Assembly: GCA_944371445.1 (NCBI GenBank)
Contig: CALVXR010000038.1
Span: 1 to 39,753, forward strand
Source: an uncultured Bacilli bacterium
GTDB taxonomy: Bacteria; Bacillota_I; Bacilli_A; RF39; UBA660
DNA length: 39,753 bases
Direction: 5' to 3'
A program made the translations under genes and the position numbers. Below, in pieces: positions 38,222 through 39,753 of the stretch. Each line of letters begins with the position of its first letter. Position 1 is the stretch's first letter. Below the pieces are notes generated by a model. It did no database searches. It was not told where the DNA came from and saw nothing but the letters and a program-made list of their open reading frames with translations.

Positions 38222-38354
38222 TCCTATGTATAATATATTAGAACAAAAGTTAAATAAATTTAACTGCATCTAATCTCACGATTAGATATTTCTCCTTCTT
38301 CGGTGGCTTTCGCTTTTTCCTCCAGAGACTAATTTCCGATAGTCGCTACCGTAC
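38222..38354 (-). ncRNA. TnpB omegaRNA (reRNA) scaffold plus putative guide
   Basis: GC-richer tract after tnpB: CGGTAG/CTATCG hairpin, TCTCTGGAG...GAAGAAGGAGAA, hairpins 38268-87 and 38248-65, then TTTGTTCTA end. Confidence 0.75.
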
Positions 38355-38397
38355 TTATTTATTTTATATATTTATATTAAACTTATCTAACTATTGC

Positions 38398-39543
38398 TTA
38401 TATAAACATTTTTTTATTTTTTATTATTCCTTCCCACATTATATTTAGTGCTGAATTTATATCTCTATCGTTTTCACATTTACATTTCTCGCATATCCAT
38501 GTTCTTATATTTAAATCCTTTGTGTCTATATTTTTTTCATTACAGTGATTACATATTTGACTGCTTGGATAATATGTACTTATTTGGTAAAAATATTTAT
38601 TTTCCCACTTGCTTTTATATTCTAATTGTCTTATTATTTCACTTAGACATGCATCACTTATGTATTTAGATATTTCTTTTTTTTCTATTAGTTTTTTCAC
38701 TTGTATTTTTTCTGTTATTATTAGATCATTTTCTTTTACTATTTCTTTTGTTATTTTATGTACTCTATATTTTCTTGCATTTTTTAGTTTTTTATATGTT
38801 TCTTTTAGTTTGGTTTTTATTTTATAATAATTTTTACTTCCTTTTTCTTTTTTACTTATCCATTTTTGTAAGTTTTTTATTTTATTTTCATATTTTGTTA
38901 TGTATTTATTATTTTTATATTTTTCTCCATAACTTGTTATTATTAAATCTTTTACTCCTAGATCTATTCCTATAACTTTTGATGGAATTATTTTTTTATC
39001 TTCTTTTTCTATTTCATATAACACTGATACATAGTATCTATTTATTTCTTTACTTATTGTTGCATTTATTATTTTCCCTTTTATTTCTTTTGTTTTTCTA
39101 TATCCTCTTATTTTTATTTGGTTTAATTTGGGCATAGTTATTGTTTTATTCTCCATATCTATTTTTATATTTTCATATATTTTGTCTTTATATGTGTTTT
39201 TTATATAATTTGTACGATATGTATTTTTTTTATATTTACTCTTATATTTAGGATAATTTTTTGTCTTATAAAAATTTTTAAATGCATCTTCTAAGTCAAA
39301 CATAGCTGTACTTAATGCCATACTATCTATTTCTTTTAACCATGTATATTTTTGTTTTAAATGTGGTAGTTCTTTTATAAGGTCATTTTTAGTTTTGATA
39401 GTTTTATTTTCTTTATATGCTTTTTCTTTTTCATACAGCATCATATTATAAATAAATCTTATGCTTCCTAAAGTTTGGTTTATTAATTTTTGTTGTTTAT
39501 TATTTGGGTATAGTCTAAATTTATATGCTTTATATATTTTCAT
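38398..39543 (-). CDS. tnpB: TnpB RNA-guided nuclease (IS1341-like, no tnpA)
   Basis: KAYKFRLYP HTH; RuvC GIDLG, ITEK and DRDINSALNI; zinc finger CNHC..CEKC. Confidence 0.95.
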   Translation of the reverse strand: MKIYKAYKFRLYPNNKQQKLINQTLGSIRFIYNMMLYEKEKAYKENKTIKTKNDLIKELPHLKQKYTWLKEIDSMALSTAMFDLEDAFKNFYKTKNYPKYKSKYKKNTYRTNYIKNTYKDKIYENIKIDMENKTITMPKLNQIKIRGYRKTKEIKGKIINATISKEINRYYVSVLYEIEKEDKKIIPSKVIGIDLGVKDLIITSYGEKYKNNKYITKYENKIKNLQKWISKKEKGSKNYYKIKTKLKETYKKLKNARKYRVHKITKEIVKENDLIITEKIQVKKLIEKKEISKYISDACLSEIIRQLEYKSKWENKYFYQISTYYPSSQICNHCNEKNIDTKDLNIRTWICEKCKCENDRDINSALNIMWEGIIKNKKMFI

Positions 39544-39563
39544 ATCGCCATCACCTTATAAAC

Positions 39564-39592
39564 ATAATATCACACGAATAAATGTTCGTCAA
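39564..39592 (-). promoter_or_regulatory. tnpB sigma-A promoter with LexA box
   Basis: TTGACG-17-TATTAT with extended TG; CGAACATTTATTCG (39575-39588) overlaps the -35 and spacer. Confidence 0.8.
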
Positions 39593-39721
39593 TGCTTTTT
39601 TCCTTTGAAAAGAATTTTCCTAGTATATAAAAAAATGACAAAATAAATTTTGTCATGCGCACCCTATGGGTGCATTTTTATTTTTTCTAATTTTGTATTA
39701 TAATTATATTAGTGATGTATT

Positions 39722-39753
39722 ATGAAGCATATGGATATTAATAATTTTAATAA
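39722..39753 (+). CDS. Possible start of a CDS running off the window
   Basis: ATG AAG CAT ATG GAT... open to the edge; TATAAT upstream; weak RBS. Confidence 0.3.
   Translation, partial: MKHMDINNFN

Noticed and set aside
38240-38253. AGAACAAAAGTTAA as a LexA box for the kinase
   Set aside because: It coincides with the GTTC end and terminal hairpin of the omegaRNA, which explains the sequence.
1-39753. CRISPR arrays, rRNA or complete tRNA genes
   Set aside because: No regularly spaced repeats, GC-rich rRNA tracts or full cloverleafs seen.

Overview
Very AT-rich chromosomal window from a reduced-genome Bacillota. The gene mix suggests an RF39-like Bacilli lineage (inference): Mycoplasma-style ClpB without an N-domain under CIRCE control, but with a D,D-carboxypeptidase and sporulation genes cotD, gerQ, yabP, yabQ and divIC. 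The standard genetic code fits, since TGA ends several intact genes. Core genes are frr, ffh, clpB, yceD-rpmF, tmcAL, pyk and mutM. There is also an ABC-exporter polysaccharide operon, two broken genes (HD-HD fusion, PHP) and several stand-alone orphans (Fic, kinase, hypotheticals). Three mobile elements are resolved. (1) An IS110 inside the polysaccharide operon whose ends would join into a TTGACT-16-TATAAT promoter ahead of a nested structured RNA. (2) An IS30 with a 13-bp target duplication in a terminator hairpin, a third internal IR and a probable antisense-oriented sRNA. (3) A solo TnpB with a downstream omegaRNA, a LexA box in its promoter and a guide region abutting a kinase RBS. The most striking observation is that ribosomal protein L32 carries an N-terminal [10 protein letters not shown] extension matching the Prp-protease cleavage leader known from L27. 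All calls come from reading the sequence by eye; no searches were run.
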